A stretch of DNA of 64,000 nucleotides from Sedimentisphaerales bacterium (GTDB lineage Bacteria > Planctomycetota > Phycisphaerae > Sedimentisphaerales > Anaerobacaceae). A model generated the notes under the pieces. The model saw nothing but the letters and a program-made list of their open reading frames with translations. It made no database searches and had not been told where the DNA came from. This document shows positions 18,490 through 27,810 of this stretch, piece after piece. The translations under genes and the position numbers were made by a program. The stretch lies in assembly GCA_040772485.1 (NCBI GenBank), contig JAXGYC010000010.1, positions 160,001 through 224,000 on the forward strand, in the 5' to 3' direction. Position 1 is the stretch's first letter; each line of letters begins with the position of its first letter.

Positions 18490-19713
18490 TCAGAACGCGA
18501 GCATCAGGACAATGATCAGAACGGAAATCGCGGAGACCGCCCCCAGAACGAGCACGGCCAGCCGGTAGCGATTGATCCTCTCCTCCACGTGCTCCTCATT
18601 TTCGGTTTCGACGGTTTCCCCTTCTTCGAGCTTCTCGAGCACGGAGACGTCGAAGCGTTTGTGCGCCTGGAGCGGCGCGTGGCCCTCGCGCAAGGCCTCC
18701 AGATCGATCAGCAGCTCTTCGACGTTGTTGTATCGGTCCTCGCGCCGCTTGGCCATCATGATCTCGATGACCTCCGAGATTCCGGCCGAGAGCGTCGTGT
18801 TGATATGGTCCGGCGGGATCAGCTTCTCGCGCAGATGCTTCTTCATGATCTCGGCCGAGTCGTCCCCGGTGAACGGCACGCGTCCGGTAACCATGTGATA
18901 GAGGGTCGCACCGAGACCGTAGATGTCGGCCCGGCCGTCGATGTCGATCTTGCCGCGGATCTGCTCCGGGGCGATGTAATAGGGCGTTCCGTAGGCCTTG
19001 CCCGCTTCGCTCTGGGCGGCCTCGATGTCGGTGGTCTCCCGCGCCAGACCCATGTCGGCCAGCTTCACCACGCCCTGCTTGTTGATCATGATATTCTTGG
19101 GCTTGACGTCGCGGTGCACCAGACCGTGGGAGTGAGCGTGGACCAGGGCGTGGGCCACCTGGATAATGATCTCGATGGCTTCCTTTTCGCCGAACGGCGT
19201 GCCGTTGGTCAGGTCATCGGCGATGGTCTTGCCCTCGACGTACTCCATGACGAAGTAGTGGTAGCCGCCCGCTTCGCCGACGTCGATGGCCTGGACGATG
19301 TTGGGATGGTTGAGCTTGCCGGCAGCCTGTCCTTCTTTGTAGAACCGCTGCACGTATTCCGGGTTCTCGGTGAAACGCCGGGGCAGCACCTTGATCGCCA
19401 CCGTGCGATTGAGGCTGAGCTGCTTGGCCTTATAGACGAACGCCATGGCGCCGGCGCCGATCTTGCCGAGGATCTTGTAGCCGGGAATCTGGTGGACGGC
19501 GACCTTGTTTTCTTTGATGCTCAGCTTGAGGCGCTCGGCCTGGGTCGCAGTGATATAGCCCAATTCGATCAGCAGTTCCTGGAGCATGACCGGGTTGATC
19601 TTGCGGCGTTCCTGGAGTTCCTGGATCGAGTGGCGAAGCTCCTGGTCCGTACAGAGCCCCTGGTCCACCGCCATCTTGCCAAACACCGTGTCGTAGCTCG
19701 TTTCGCTCGTCAT
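18490..19713 (-). CDS. Hanks-type Ser/Thr protein kinase with C-terminal membrane anchor
   Basis: IGAGAMA, VAIKVL, HRDVKPKN, DMG, GTPYYIAPEQ, DIYGLG; hydrophobic C-terminus; start at 19713 or 19749. Confidence 0.92.
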   Translation of the reverse strand: MTSETSYDTVFGKMAVDQGLCTDQELRHSIQELQERRKINPVMLQELLIELGYITATQAERLKLSIKENKVAVHQIPGYKILGKIGAGAMAFVYKAKQLSLNRTVAIKVLPRRFTENPEYVQRFYKEGQAAGKLNHPNIVQAIDVGEAGGYHYFVMEYVEGKTIADDLTNGTPFGEKEAIEIIIQVAHALVHAHSHGLVHRDVKPKNIMINKQGVVKLADMGLARETTDIEAAQSEAGKAYGTPYYIAPEQIRGKIDIDGRADIYGLGATLYHMVTGRVPFTGDDSAEIMKKHLREKLIPPDHINTTLSAGISEVIEIMMAKRREDRYNNVEELLIDLEALREGHAPLQAHKRFDVSVLEKLEEGETVETENEEHVEERINRYRLAVLVLGAVSAISVLIIVLMLAF

Positions 19714-19969
19714 TGGGAATCCCCCAGGTAGCCCAGGGGCCGTATCCATACGCCAGGAAGCCTCGTTATCGGCTCCAATGATCGCATCCGATAAACGCCA
19801 CCGCCGGCGATCATTATCGACCTGCCGTCGCTTGTGTCAAAAAAAAACTCGCCTTTTTGGCACAGGCCCGACGACATCGAGGGGACCATCGACGTTTTCG
19901 AGGCAAGGGTTTAACCCTTTTCGCGGCACGGCCGGGAAAATCGCCGCTTATCGCGCTTGCGTTTTAGGG

Positions 19970-19997
19970 TTGACCTGACGGTCAAGAGCGGTAAACT
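19970..19997 (+). promoter_or_regulatory. Promoter of the etf operon with palindromic operator
   Basis: TTGACC-16 nt-TAAACT; TTGACC-TGAC-GGTCAA inverted repeat at 19970-19985. Confidence 0.6.
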
Positions 19998-20051
19998 TGG
20001 GCCTCGACAAAAACTGACATCAGGCAAGGAAGGACCAATAGGAGTTTCTAC

Positions 20052-20963
20052 GTGGCATACAACTGTGTGGTGCTGGCCAAGCAGGTGCCTGATACGCATC
20101 GGATCACCGGCAAGGTCATGAACGACGACGGCACGGTGAACCGTTCGGCTTTGCCGGCCATCTTCAATCCTGAGGATCTCAACGCGCTGGAGCTGGCCTT
20201 GGGCATCAAGGACCGCTTCGGCGGGCGCGTCACGGTTGTGACGATGGGCCTGCCCGGCGCGACGCGCATCCTGCGCGAGTCGCTCTACCGTGGCGCCGAC
20301 GAAGCGATCCTGGTCACCGATATCCGCTGCGCCGCCAGCGACACGCTGGCGACCAGCTACATTCTGAGCTGCGCGGTCAAAAAGCTGGACTACGACATCG
20401 TTCTGTGCGGCCGGCAGGCCATCGACGGCGACACCGCGCAGGTGGGCCCGCAGTTGGCGGAGAAGCTCGGAATCACCCAGATTACCTATGTTGAAGCTCT
20501 CGAAGATCTCCAGGATAGCACGATCCAGGTCCGGCGGAACATCGGCAACGGCTGGCAATCTGTCCGTACCCGCCTGCCGGTTCTTCTGACCGTCACCGGC
20601 GAGGCGAACGCCCCGCGAGTGGCGGCCGCCAGGCACCTGATGAAGTACAAAAAGGCCCGCACGTCCGGCGAGGTGACCGAAGAGATCAAGGCGATGAATC
20701 CGGATGCCGTCGAGGCGGAGATCAAAGAGCTGTGCGAGACCCGCTGCGAGGCACTGAGGGCCAGGGGGCTGCTCATCGAGCAATGGAACCTGGACCGGCT
20801 CGAGGCGGACCTGACCTGGTGCGGCCGGAGCGGATCGCCCACCAAGGTCCATCGCATTCAGAGCGTGGTCCTGGCCGCCAAGGAGAGCAAAGAAGTCCCG
20901 CCGACCGACGATGGGCTGGCCGCGATGATCCACGAGCTGATCGACGACAAGATCATCGCATAG
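20052..20963 (+). CDS. etfB: Electron transfer flavoprotein beta subunit
   Basis: AGGAG RBS with GTG start; KQVPDT, NPEDLNALE, GRQAIDGDTAQVGP. Confidence 0.93.
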   Translation: MAYNCVVLAKQVPDTHRITGKVMNDDGTVNRSALPAIFNPEDLNALELALGIKDRFGGRVTVVTMGLPGATRILRESLYRGADEAILVTDIRCAASDTLATSYILSCAVKKLDYDIVLCGRQAIDGDTAQVGPQLAEKLGITQITYVEALEDLQDSTIQVRRNIGNGWQSVRTRLPVLLTVTGEANAPRVAAARHLMKYKKARTSGEVTEEIKAMNPDAVEAEIKELCETRCEALRARGLLIEQWNLDRLEADLTWCGRSGSPTKVHRIQSVVLAAKESKEVPPTDDGLAAMIHELIDDKIIA

Positions 20964-21087
20964 GACGGGCTGTCGCCCACGCGGGCGATGTGCCAACGGA
21001 GTGACTTTTTCCGCGGAGTCTCGTCGACGCCGCACCCGATGTAACGTTCCTGGAACCGCAAGGTTCATTTGCAGATTCGGATAATCC

Positions 21088-22125
21088 ATGATCGATGTGA
21101 ACAGACAAGGTGAAGTGTGGGTGTTCGCCGAGCAGCATGACGGCCGGCTGGAAGAGACCTCGATCGAGCTGATGAGCAAGGCCCGGCATCTGGCCGAGAC
21201 GCTGAAGGTCAGGTTGGGCACGCTCCTGCTCGGCGACGGCGTTCGCGATCTGTCCACCCGGCTCATCCACTACGGCGCCGACAAGGTCTACCTGGCGGAG
21301 CATCCGCTGTTGAAGGCGTATCAGACCAACAGCTACGCCAAGGCCATCCTGGAGCTGATCCACAAGCACAAGCCCCAAGTCGTGCTGTACGGCGCGACGG
21401 TGGCAGGCCGCGACCTCGCTCCGCGAATCGCCAGCGCCGCCAAGGCGGGCCTGACCGCTGACTGCACCGACCTGCAAATCGGCACACACAAGACGGCCAA
21501 GGACGGCGAGGTCCACGAGAACCTGCTGTTCCAGATTCGTCCGGCGTTCGGAGGCAACATCGTCGCGACGATCATCAACTACGACCGCTGGCCGCAGATG
21601 GCGACGGTTCGCGAGGGCGTGATGCCCATGCCCGAGCCCAATCCCAACCATCACGGCGTGATCGTCACCGAGAATGTCAGTCTGACGCAGGACGATCTGC
21701 CGCTGGAGATCCTCCAGGAGCACAAGCGGCCGAAGAAGGTCGATCTGAAGGCGGCTCGCATCATCGTTGCCGGCGGCGCCGGCGTGGGAAGCAAGGAGAA
21801 CTTCAAGTTGATCTGGGACCTGGCCAACTGTCTGGGAGCGGCCCCGGCGGCGACCCGGCCGGCGGTCGATCTGGGCTTCATCGATCACGACCACCAGGTC
21901 GGCCAGACCGGCACGACCGTGCGGCCGAGCCTTTACATCGCCGTCGGAATCAGCGGCGCGATCCAGCACCAGGCGGGCATGGCCCAGAGTCAGAAGATCG
22001 TCGCCATCAACAACGATCCGGAGGCCCCCATCTTCAGCATCGCCCACTACAAGATCGTGGGGGATTTGAACGAGGTCGTGCCGAAGATGATCCGGGCCAT
22101 CAAGGAAAAAGGAATCAAGGACTGA
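21088..22125 (+). CDS. etfA: Electron transfer flavoprotein alpha subunit
   Basis: GLTADCT, RPAFGGN, QVGQTG, YIAVGISGAIQH. Confidence 0.94.
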   Translation: MIDVNRQGEVWVFAEQHDGRLEETSIELMSKARHLAETLKVRLGTLLLGDGVRDLSTRLIHYGADKVYLAEHPLLKAYQTNSYAKAILELIHKHKPQVVLYGATVAGRDLAPRIASAAKAGLTADCTDLQIGTHKTAKDGEVHENLLFQIRPAFGGNIVATIINYDRWPQMATVREGVMPMPEPNPNHHGVIVTENVSLTQDDLPLEILQEHKRPKKVDLKAARIIVAGGAGVGSKENFKLIWDLANCLGAAPAATRPAVDLGFIDHDHQVGQTGTTVRPSLYIAVGISGAIQHQAGMAQSQKIVAINNDPEAPIFSIAHYKIVGDLNEVVPKMIRAIKEKGIKD

Positions 22126-22127
22126 AG

Positions 22128-22227
22128 AAAGATCAAAACGCGAACAGCAAAGATCAAAATGTCGGAATGCCCGCGCCGCGGGCATGACTTCCTTCGTTTT
22201 GCCTTTTGATTTTTGATCTCTAATTCT
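22128..22227. repeat. Heptamer-periodic inverted-repeat element (AAAGATCAAAA…TTTTGAT)
   Basis: A-rich arm (AAAGATCAAAA twice), central hairpin ATGCCCGCG-C-CGCGGGCAT, T-rich arm TTTTGCC TTTTGAT TTTTGAT. Confidence 0.65.
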
Positions 22228-22268
22228 GCCACCGTGGGCGAACGCCCCCTGAGCACAGGACAAAAGAC

Positions 22269-24074
22269 ATGGGGAATTTCTACAAAGACAACGACGATAT
22301 CCGGTTCCTCTTCCAGCACCTCGACCTGGCGCGGCTGGCCGGCCTCTGCGAAGAGGGGTACCGCTTCGCTGAGGAATTCGACTACGCCCCGAGCGATGCC
22401 GGGGAGGCGGTGCAGAACTACGAGATGGTGCTGGATGCGATGGGCGAGCTGAGCGCGGACTTCATCGCTCCGAGAGCAGAGAGCGTGGACCGCGAAGGCA
22501 ATACGCTCAACGAGGATGGGACTGTCACACGAGCCAAAGGGATCGCCGAGGCGCTCGAGAAGCTGGCGCAGGCGGAGGTGATGGGCTTCACGCTGCCCTA
22601 CCGGTTCGGCGGGCTGAACTTCCCCAATCTGCTGTACTCGATGGCCACCGAGATCATCTCTCGCGCCGACGCGTCGCTGATGAACATCTTCGGGCTTCAG
22701 GGCATCGCCGAGACGATCAACGCCTTCGCCTGCGAGGAGATCAAGCAGGAGTACCTGCCTCCGTTCGCGGAGGGTAAGGTCACCGGGGCGATGGTGCTGA
22801 CGGAGCCGGACGCCGGCTCGGACCTTCAGGCCGTCAAGCTGCGGGCCTTCGAGGACGAAAAGGGCAACTGGTTTCTGCATGGCGTCAAGCGATTCATCAC
22901 CAATGGCTGCGGCGACGTCCTGCTCGTGCTGTCGCGCAGCGAGCCCGACCGCAGCGGCGGACTGGGCCTGAGCCTGTTCGTCTGCGAGCCCGGTCCGACG
23001 GTGCACATCCGCCGGCTGGAGGACAAGCTGGGCATCCACGGCTCGCCCACCTGCGAAATCTTCTTCGACAACACTCCCTGCAAGCTGATCGGCGAGCGCA
23101 GGAGGGGCCTGGCTCCCTACGTCGCGACGCTGATGAACGGCGCGCGGATCGGGATTGCCGCCCAGTCGATGGGCATCGCGGAAGCGGCCTGCCGTATCGC
23201 GAGGGACTACGCCGCCAGCCGCAAACAGTTCGGCATGGCCATTGAAAGATTGCCGGCGGTGCGCGACATGCTGATCAACATGAAGATCGCTGTCGAAGCC
23301 GGACGCGCCCTGCTCTATGAGACCAGCCGGGTCGTGGATCTGGCGGTGGCCTACAACAAGAGGCTGGAAGAGAACCCGCCTGAGGACAAGGCCGAGTTGA
23401 AATCGCTCAAAGACAACGCCCGCAGCTACAAACGATACGCCGGCATGCTGACCCCGATGGCCAAGTACCTCTGTTCGGAGATGTGTAATCAGGTCGCCTA
23501 CGATGCGATCCAGGTCCTGGGCGGCAGCGGGTACATGCGGGACTACGCCAGCGAACGGCACGCCCGCGACGCTCGGATCACGACAATCTATGAGGGCACC
23601 AGCCAGCTCCAGATCGTCGCCGCCGTGCGAGGCGTGTGCAGCGGCACCGCGGAGAAATACATCGAAGACCTGGCCGCGAAAGAGTACGCGCCCCAGGTCA
23701 AGGACCTGCTCGACAGACTCGCCGAAGGTGTCGGGCAACTCAAGGCCGCGGTCGAATTTGTGAAGGACAAGGGCAACGATTACATGGACCTGTACGGCCG
23801 GGCGCTGACGGACGTCGCGATCGCTCTGATCAACGGCTATCTGCTGTGCGACCAGGCCGGCACCAAGGTGCAGATGGACGTCGCCGTCGCGCCGGGCGTT
23901 TCGTCCACCAACGGCCAGACTGTCCCGATGAAGCAGCGCAAGGCCCTGGTGGCACGCCGCTACGTCGAGAAAAACGCGCCGACGATCAAAGCTCTCACAG
24001 AACTGATCTGTCAGGGCGACAGATCGACGTTCAGCGATTACGAAGCCCTCGTCGGGCCGGTCCAGGAACAGTAG
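22269..24074 (+). CDS. Acyl-CoA dehydrogenase (ETF-associated)
   Basis: AMVLTEPDAGSD, GVKRFITNG, KLGIHGSPT, RKQFG, IQVLGGSGY, IYEGTSQLQ. Confidence 0.93.
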   Translation: MGNFYKDNDDIRFLFQHLDLARLAGLCEEGYRFAEEFDYAPSDAGEAVQNYEMVLDAMGELSADFIAPRAESVDREGNTLNEDGTVTRAKGIAEALEKLAQAEVMGFTLPYRFGGLNFPNLLYSMATEIISRADASLMNIFGLQGIAETINAFACEEIKQEYLPPFAEGKVTGAMVLTEPDAGSDLQAVKLRAFEDEKGNWFLHGVKRFITNGCGDVLLVLSRSEPDRSGGLGLSLFVCEPGPTVHIRRLEDKLGIHGSPTCEIFFDNTPCKLIGERRRGLAPYVATLMNGARIGIAAQSMGIAEAACRIARDYAASRKQFGMAIERLPAVRDMLINMKIAVEAGRALLYETSRVVDLAVAYNKRLEENPPEDKAELKSLKDNARSYKRYAGMLTPMAKYLCSEMCNQVAYDAIQVLGGSGYMRDYASERHARDARITTIYEGTSQLQIVAAVRGVCSGTAEKYIEDLAAKEYAPQVKDLLDRLAEGVGQLKAAVEFVKDKGNDYMDLYGRALTDVAIALINGYLLCDQAGTKVQMDVAVAPGVSSTNGQTVPMKQRKALVARRYVEKNAPTIKALTELICQGDRSTFSDYEALVGPVQEQ

Positions 24075-24091
24075 CACCGAGGTTCGCTGTC

Positions 24092-24772
24092 ATGTTGGGA
24101 GCCGTGATCTTCGACTTCGACGGGGTCATCACCGATTCTGAGATCCTGCACTTCCGTGCATTCAACACGGTTCTGGCCGGTCTCGGACTGGAGCTGACCA
24201 AGAAGGAGTACTACTCGACCTACCTCGGTCTGAGCGACAAGGACTGCTACAAGGCGCTGATCGCCGAAGGCCGGCTTGACATCAAGCCGTCCCAGGTCGC
24301 CGAGCTGATTCAGAAGAAGACGCGCATCTTCGAGGAACTGGCCCGCACGGACGGCAAGGTCATCGAGGGGGTCCGTCCCTTCCTTGACCTGCTTGGCTCG
24401 AACGCGGTCCCGATGGCGATCTGCTCGGGCGCGCTGCGGGCCGAGATCGAGCTGATCCTCGAAGACTCCGGCCTGCGGGACTTCTTCAAGGCCGTCGTCT
24501 CGGCCGAACAGGTCAAGCGGGGCAAGCCGCACCCCGATGGATTCCTGCTGACTCTCAAGAAACTCAACCAGCGCCTGAGCGCTCCCCTGCCGGCAAAGCA
24601 GTGCGTCGTGATCGAGGACTCCCATTGGGGACTCCAGGCCGCCAGGGCCGCCGGCATGCACACCGTCGCAGTGACAAACACCTACGAAGCTGAGCAGTTG
24701 ACCGGCGCTGAAAAGGTCATCGACCGGCTCGACCGCCTTACGCTGGACGATCTCGAACAGCTCTGCCGCTGA
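24092..24772 (+). CDS. HAD-superfamily phosphatase (beta-PGM/CbbY-like)
   Basis: IFDFDGVITDS, GKPHPD, VIEDS motifs. Confidence 0.9.
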   Translation: MLGAVIFDFDGVITDSEILHFRAFNTVLAGLGLELTKKEYYSTYLGLSDKDCYKALIAEGRLDIKPSQVAELIQKKTRIFEELARTDGKVIEGVRPFLDLLGSNAVPMAICSGALRAEIELILEDSGLRDFFKAVVSAEQVKRGKPHPDGFLLTLKKLNQRLSAPLPAKQCVVIEDSHWGLQAARAAGMHTVAVTNTYEAEQLTGAEKVIDRLDRLTLDDLEQLCR

Positions 24773-24886
24773 CAGAAGTTGCCTGGGAGACTTGACTTCC
24801 GGGTGAAGTGGTCGGATAGTAGGCATCGGTTGCCGGTGTAAGGACCGGACTGTCTTGCATGAACGACGTCGTCCCAGGAGGTTGCC

Positions 24887-27580
24887 ATGCTCAAGCTTTG
24901 TGCCGCTCTACTGCTTGCCGCCCTGTCGATTCCCGCTGTTGCGGCCTCTCACGATGGAATGCCCTTCCAGGCAGTCACCCTGTTCGGATGCGACGCGTCG
25001 GGAACCCAGGATGGGCACAACCGATGGAACGCCGGACCGCACGATGCCGCATGGGACGTCTTCATGTACCAAGGCGACGTCGCGCAGCGGCTCGATGCCG
25101 TCGAATGGATGAACGATCCGCAGACCCATCTGATCGCGTTCCGCCCCGCTGCCGACAGCACCACGTACACGCTGCACATCGAATGCACCAGCGACATCGA
25201 GCATTTCGGCCTGAACCTCTTCGGTCAGGACAAGGACCGGCCGGCGATCTCAGTATACGCCCCTGTCACGCGCGATCCGTCGAAGCCAGCGCCATTCAAG
25301 GTCAACCACTCGGCTCGCACGATGGGCTGGCCGATCACGGAAGTGCCGGCTTGTGGGTCGGCGACCATCCGCACCGCCCGGGCCAGTCTCTGGACCTATA
25401 CGGCGGGGGATACGAAGCAGTATACCCTCACCGATTTCCGCGTGCTGGCGCCGGCGGCGGCCGGCCATGTGGATTTCGTCGGTCCCCACGAGACTGGTCC
25501 CAGCGGCAAGGCCGATTACGTGTTTCAGTTCACGTTGGCCGCAGGCGACGCCGAGGCCACCCCGCCGGACTGGCTGCTCTGGACCGATGCAGTCGCCGGG
25601 ATGCAGATCGGATCAAACGACCCCGACCGCACCTGGAAGCAGCGATACGACTGGCGAAATGCCGCGCCGCCATTCTCCTTCGTGGTCGATGGTCGGCCTT
25701 CCCGCGAACTGCTCCAAACGTGGACACACGATGCCCGACACGAAGCACTTGACCCCAATCGTATCGCCCACGCGCTGACTTGGCGTGATCCGCAGACCGG
25801 CCTGATCGTCCGCTGGCAGGGTCTGGAATACGTGGACTTCGAGAGCATCGAGTGGACCGTGTACGTGACCAATGGCGGAAACGAGGACACCCCGATCATC
25901 GAGAACCTCACGGCGCTGGATGCTCAGTTCACCCGTGCGGCGGACTCTGAGTACCTCTTGAGGCACTGGAACGGGACCTCGGTCGGTCCGGAGGATTTCG
26001 CGCCGGCCGGCACGGTGCTCGAAGCAGGCCGCAAGCTGTCTTTCGCACCTCGCGGAGGTCGCGGCACCGGAGGCTCTTGGCCTTACTACAATCTCGAGGC
26101 AGGCAACGAAGGGATCATTCTGGCGGTCGGCTGGCCCGGCCAGTGGCATGCAGACTTCCAGCGTGACGACGGGAATGCGCTGCACGTCACGGCCGGACAG
26201 GAAACAACGCACTTCCGCCTGCGGCCGGGAGAGACCATCCGGACGCCCCTGATCGTCATGCAGTTCTGGAAAGGCGGCGACTGGATCGACGCACAGAACG
26301 CGTGGCGACGGTGGATGGTCCGGCACAACCTGCCTGGCCGCAAGGGCCGGCCGCTGCCTCTGCCGATGTTCTGCGCGTGCAGCTCGCACCAGTTCGCCGA
26401 GATGACCAAGGCCGACGAGCGCAGTCAGATCGAGTTCATGGACCGCTACCTCGACAAGGGGCTCAAGCTGGACTACTGGTGGATGGACGCCGGCTGGTAC
26501 GTGGGGGCCGCGGAGAAGGGCTGGGCCGCAGCGGTCGGCACGTGGGAGATCGACCGTCGCCCGCATCGCTTCCCGAACGGCTTCAAACGCATCAGCGACC
26601 ATGCCCACGACCGGGGCGTCGAGATCATCGTGTGGTTCGAGCCCGAGCGGGTCCACGCCGGAACGTGGCTGGCAGAAAACCATCCTGAATGGGTGCTGGG
26701 CGGCTCCGGCGGCGGCCTGCTCAACCTGGGCGATCCTGACGCATGGAACTGGCTCGTCAACCACATCGACAAGATCATCACCGAAGAAGGCATCGATCTC
26801 TATCGCCAGGATTACAACATCGAGCCGCTGAACTTCTGGCGCCGCAACGACGCGCCGGACCGTCAGGGCATCACCGAGAACAAATACGTCACGGGCTATC
26901 TCGCCTACTGGGACGAGCTGCTGCGCCGTCACCCCGGCATGGTGATCGACTCCTGTGCCAGCGGCGGCCATCGCAACGACCTGGAGACGATGCGCCGGTC
27001 CGTGCCCCTGCTGCGCAGCGATTATCTGTTCGAGCCTGTGGGGCAACAGGGACACACCTATGGCCTGTCGTTCTGGCTGCCCTTCTACGGCACCGGATAC
27101 TGTCCCTCCAATACCGTCGGATGGGGCTGGGGCACGGGCGAACTCAGCTACAATCCGTACACGCGTCGCAGCAATATGTGTCCGGCGAATATCGGGCTTT
27201 TCGATTTCCGCGTCGAGGTCGACGACGAGCTGATCCTGAGGCTCTATCGCGAGTGGCTCGAAGTGGCGCCCGGCTACTTCGGAGACTACTATCCGCTGAC
27301 GGACTACAACCTCTCGCAACAGCAGTGGATCGCCTGGCAATTCGACCGACCCGATGAGGGCGGCGGCTTCGTGCAGGCGTTTCGGCGCGAGAGCTGCATC
27401 TATAGCTCCGCCGAGATCAAGCTGCGTGGACTGGACCCGGCGGCCGCCTACGAGGTGAAGGACTTCGACGCGGCAGACGCGGTCCGTCTCTCCGGCAGGC
27501 AACTGCTGGAAACGGGACTGCCCATCCGAATCCCGGCGAAACCGGGCGCGGTCACCGTCAGATACACAAAGGTCCCGTGA
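24887..27580 (+). CDS. Secreted alpha-galactosidase (GH36-like)
   Basis: Signal peptide; WMDAGWY, FPNG, VWFEPER, RQDYN, IDSCASGGHR. Confidence 0.85.
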   Translation: MLKLCAALLLAALSIPAVAASHDGMPFQAVTLFGCDASGTQDGHNRWNAGPHDAAWDVFMYQGDVAQRLDAVEWMNDPQTHLIAFRPAADSTTYTLHIECTSDIEHFGLNLFGQDKDRPAISVYAPVTRDPSKPAPFKVNHSARTMGWPITEVPACGSATIRTARASLWTYTAGDTKQYTLTDFRVLAPAAAGHVDFVGPHETGPSGKADYVFQFTLAAGDAEATPPDWLLWTDAVAGMQIGSNDPDRTWKQRYDWRNAAPPFSFVVDGRPSRELLQTWTHDARHEALDPNRIAHALTWRDPQTGLIVRWQGLEYVDFESIEWTVYVTNGGNEDTPIIENLTALDAQFTRAADSEYLLRHWNGTSVGPEDFAPAGTVLEAGRKLSFAPRGGRGTGGSWPYYNLEAGNEGIILAVGWPGQWHADFQRDDGNALHVTAGQETTHFRLRPGETIRTPLIVMQFWKGGDWIDAQNAWRRWMVRHNLPGRKGRPLPLPMFCACSSHQFAEMTKADERSQIEFMDRYLDKGLKLDYWWMDAGWYVGAAEKGWAAAVGTWEIDRRPHRFPNGFKRISDHAHDRGVEIIVWFEPERVHAGTWLAENHPEWVLGGSGGGLLNLGDPDAWNWLVNHIDKIITEEGIDLYRQDYNIEPLNFWRRNDAPDRQGITENKYVTGYLAYWDELLRRHPGMVIDSCASGGHRNDLETMRRSVPLLRSDYLFEPVGQQGHTYGLSFWLPFYGTGYCPSNTVGWGWGTGELSYNPYTRRSNMCPANIGLFDFRVEVDDELILRLYREWLEVAPGYFGDYYPLTDYNLSQQQWIAWQFDRPDEGGGFVQAFRRESCIYSSAEIKLRGLDPAAAYEVKDFDAADAVRLSGRQLLETGLPIRIPAKPGAVTVRYTKVP

Positions 27581-27810
27581 CACGCCGAACCCGGCCAACA
27601 GGTCGGCGTCCCATAACAGGCACCAACGACCCCGAGCCCGCACTCTCCAACTGAGGAACGTCGCAGGGCTTGCAGGAATCCGGACCAACGCGAAAACGTC
27701 GCTATATGGACAAGGGATTCTGCCGATGATATACTCCATAGATGTCAGGGCCATGATCGCCTACGCCCGTGGAACGACGATGAGCTTCGAGCACCAGAAG
27801 GTCACGGTCG

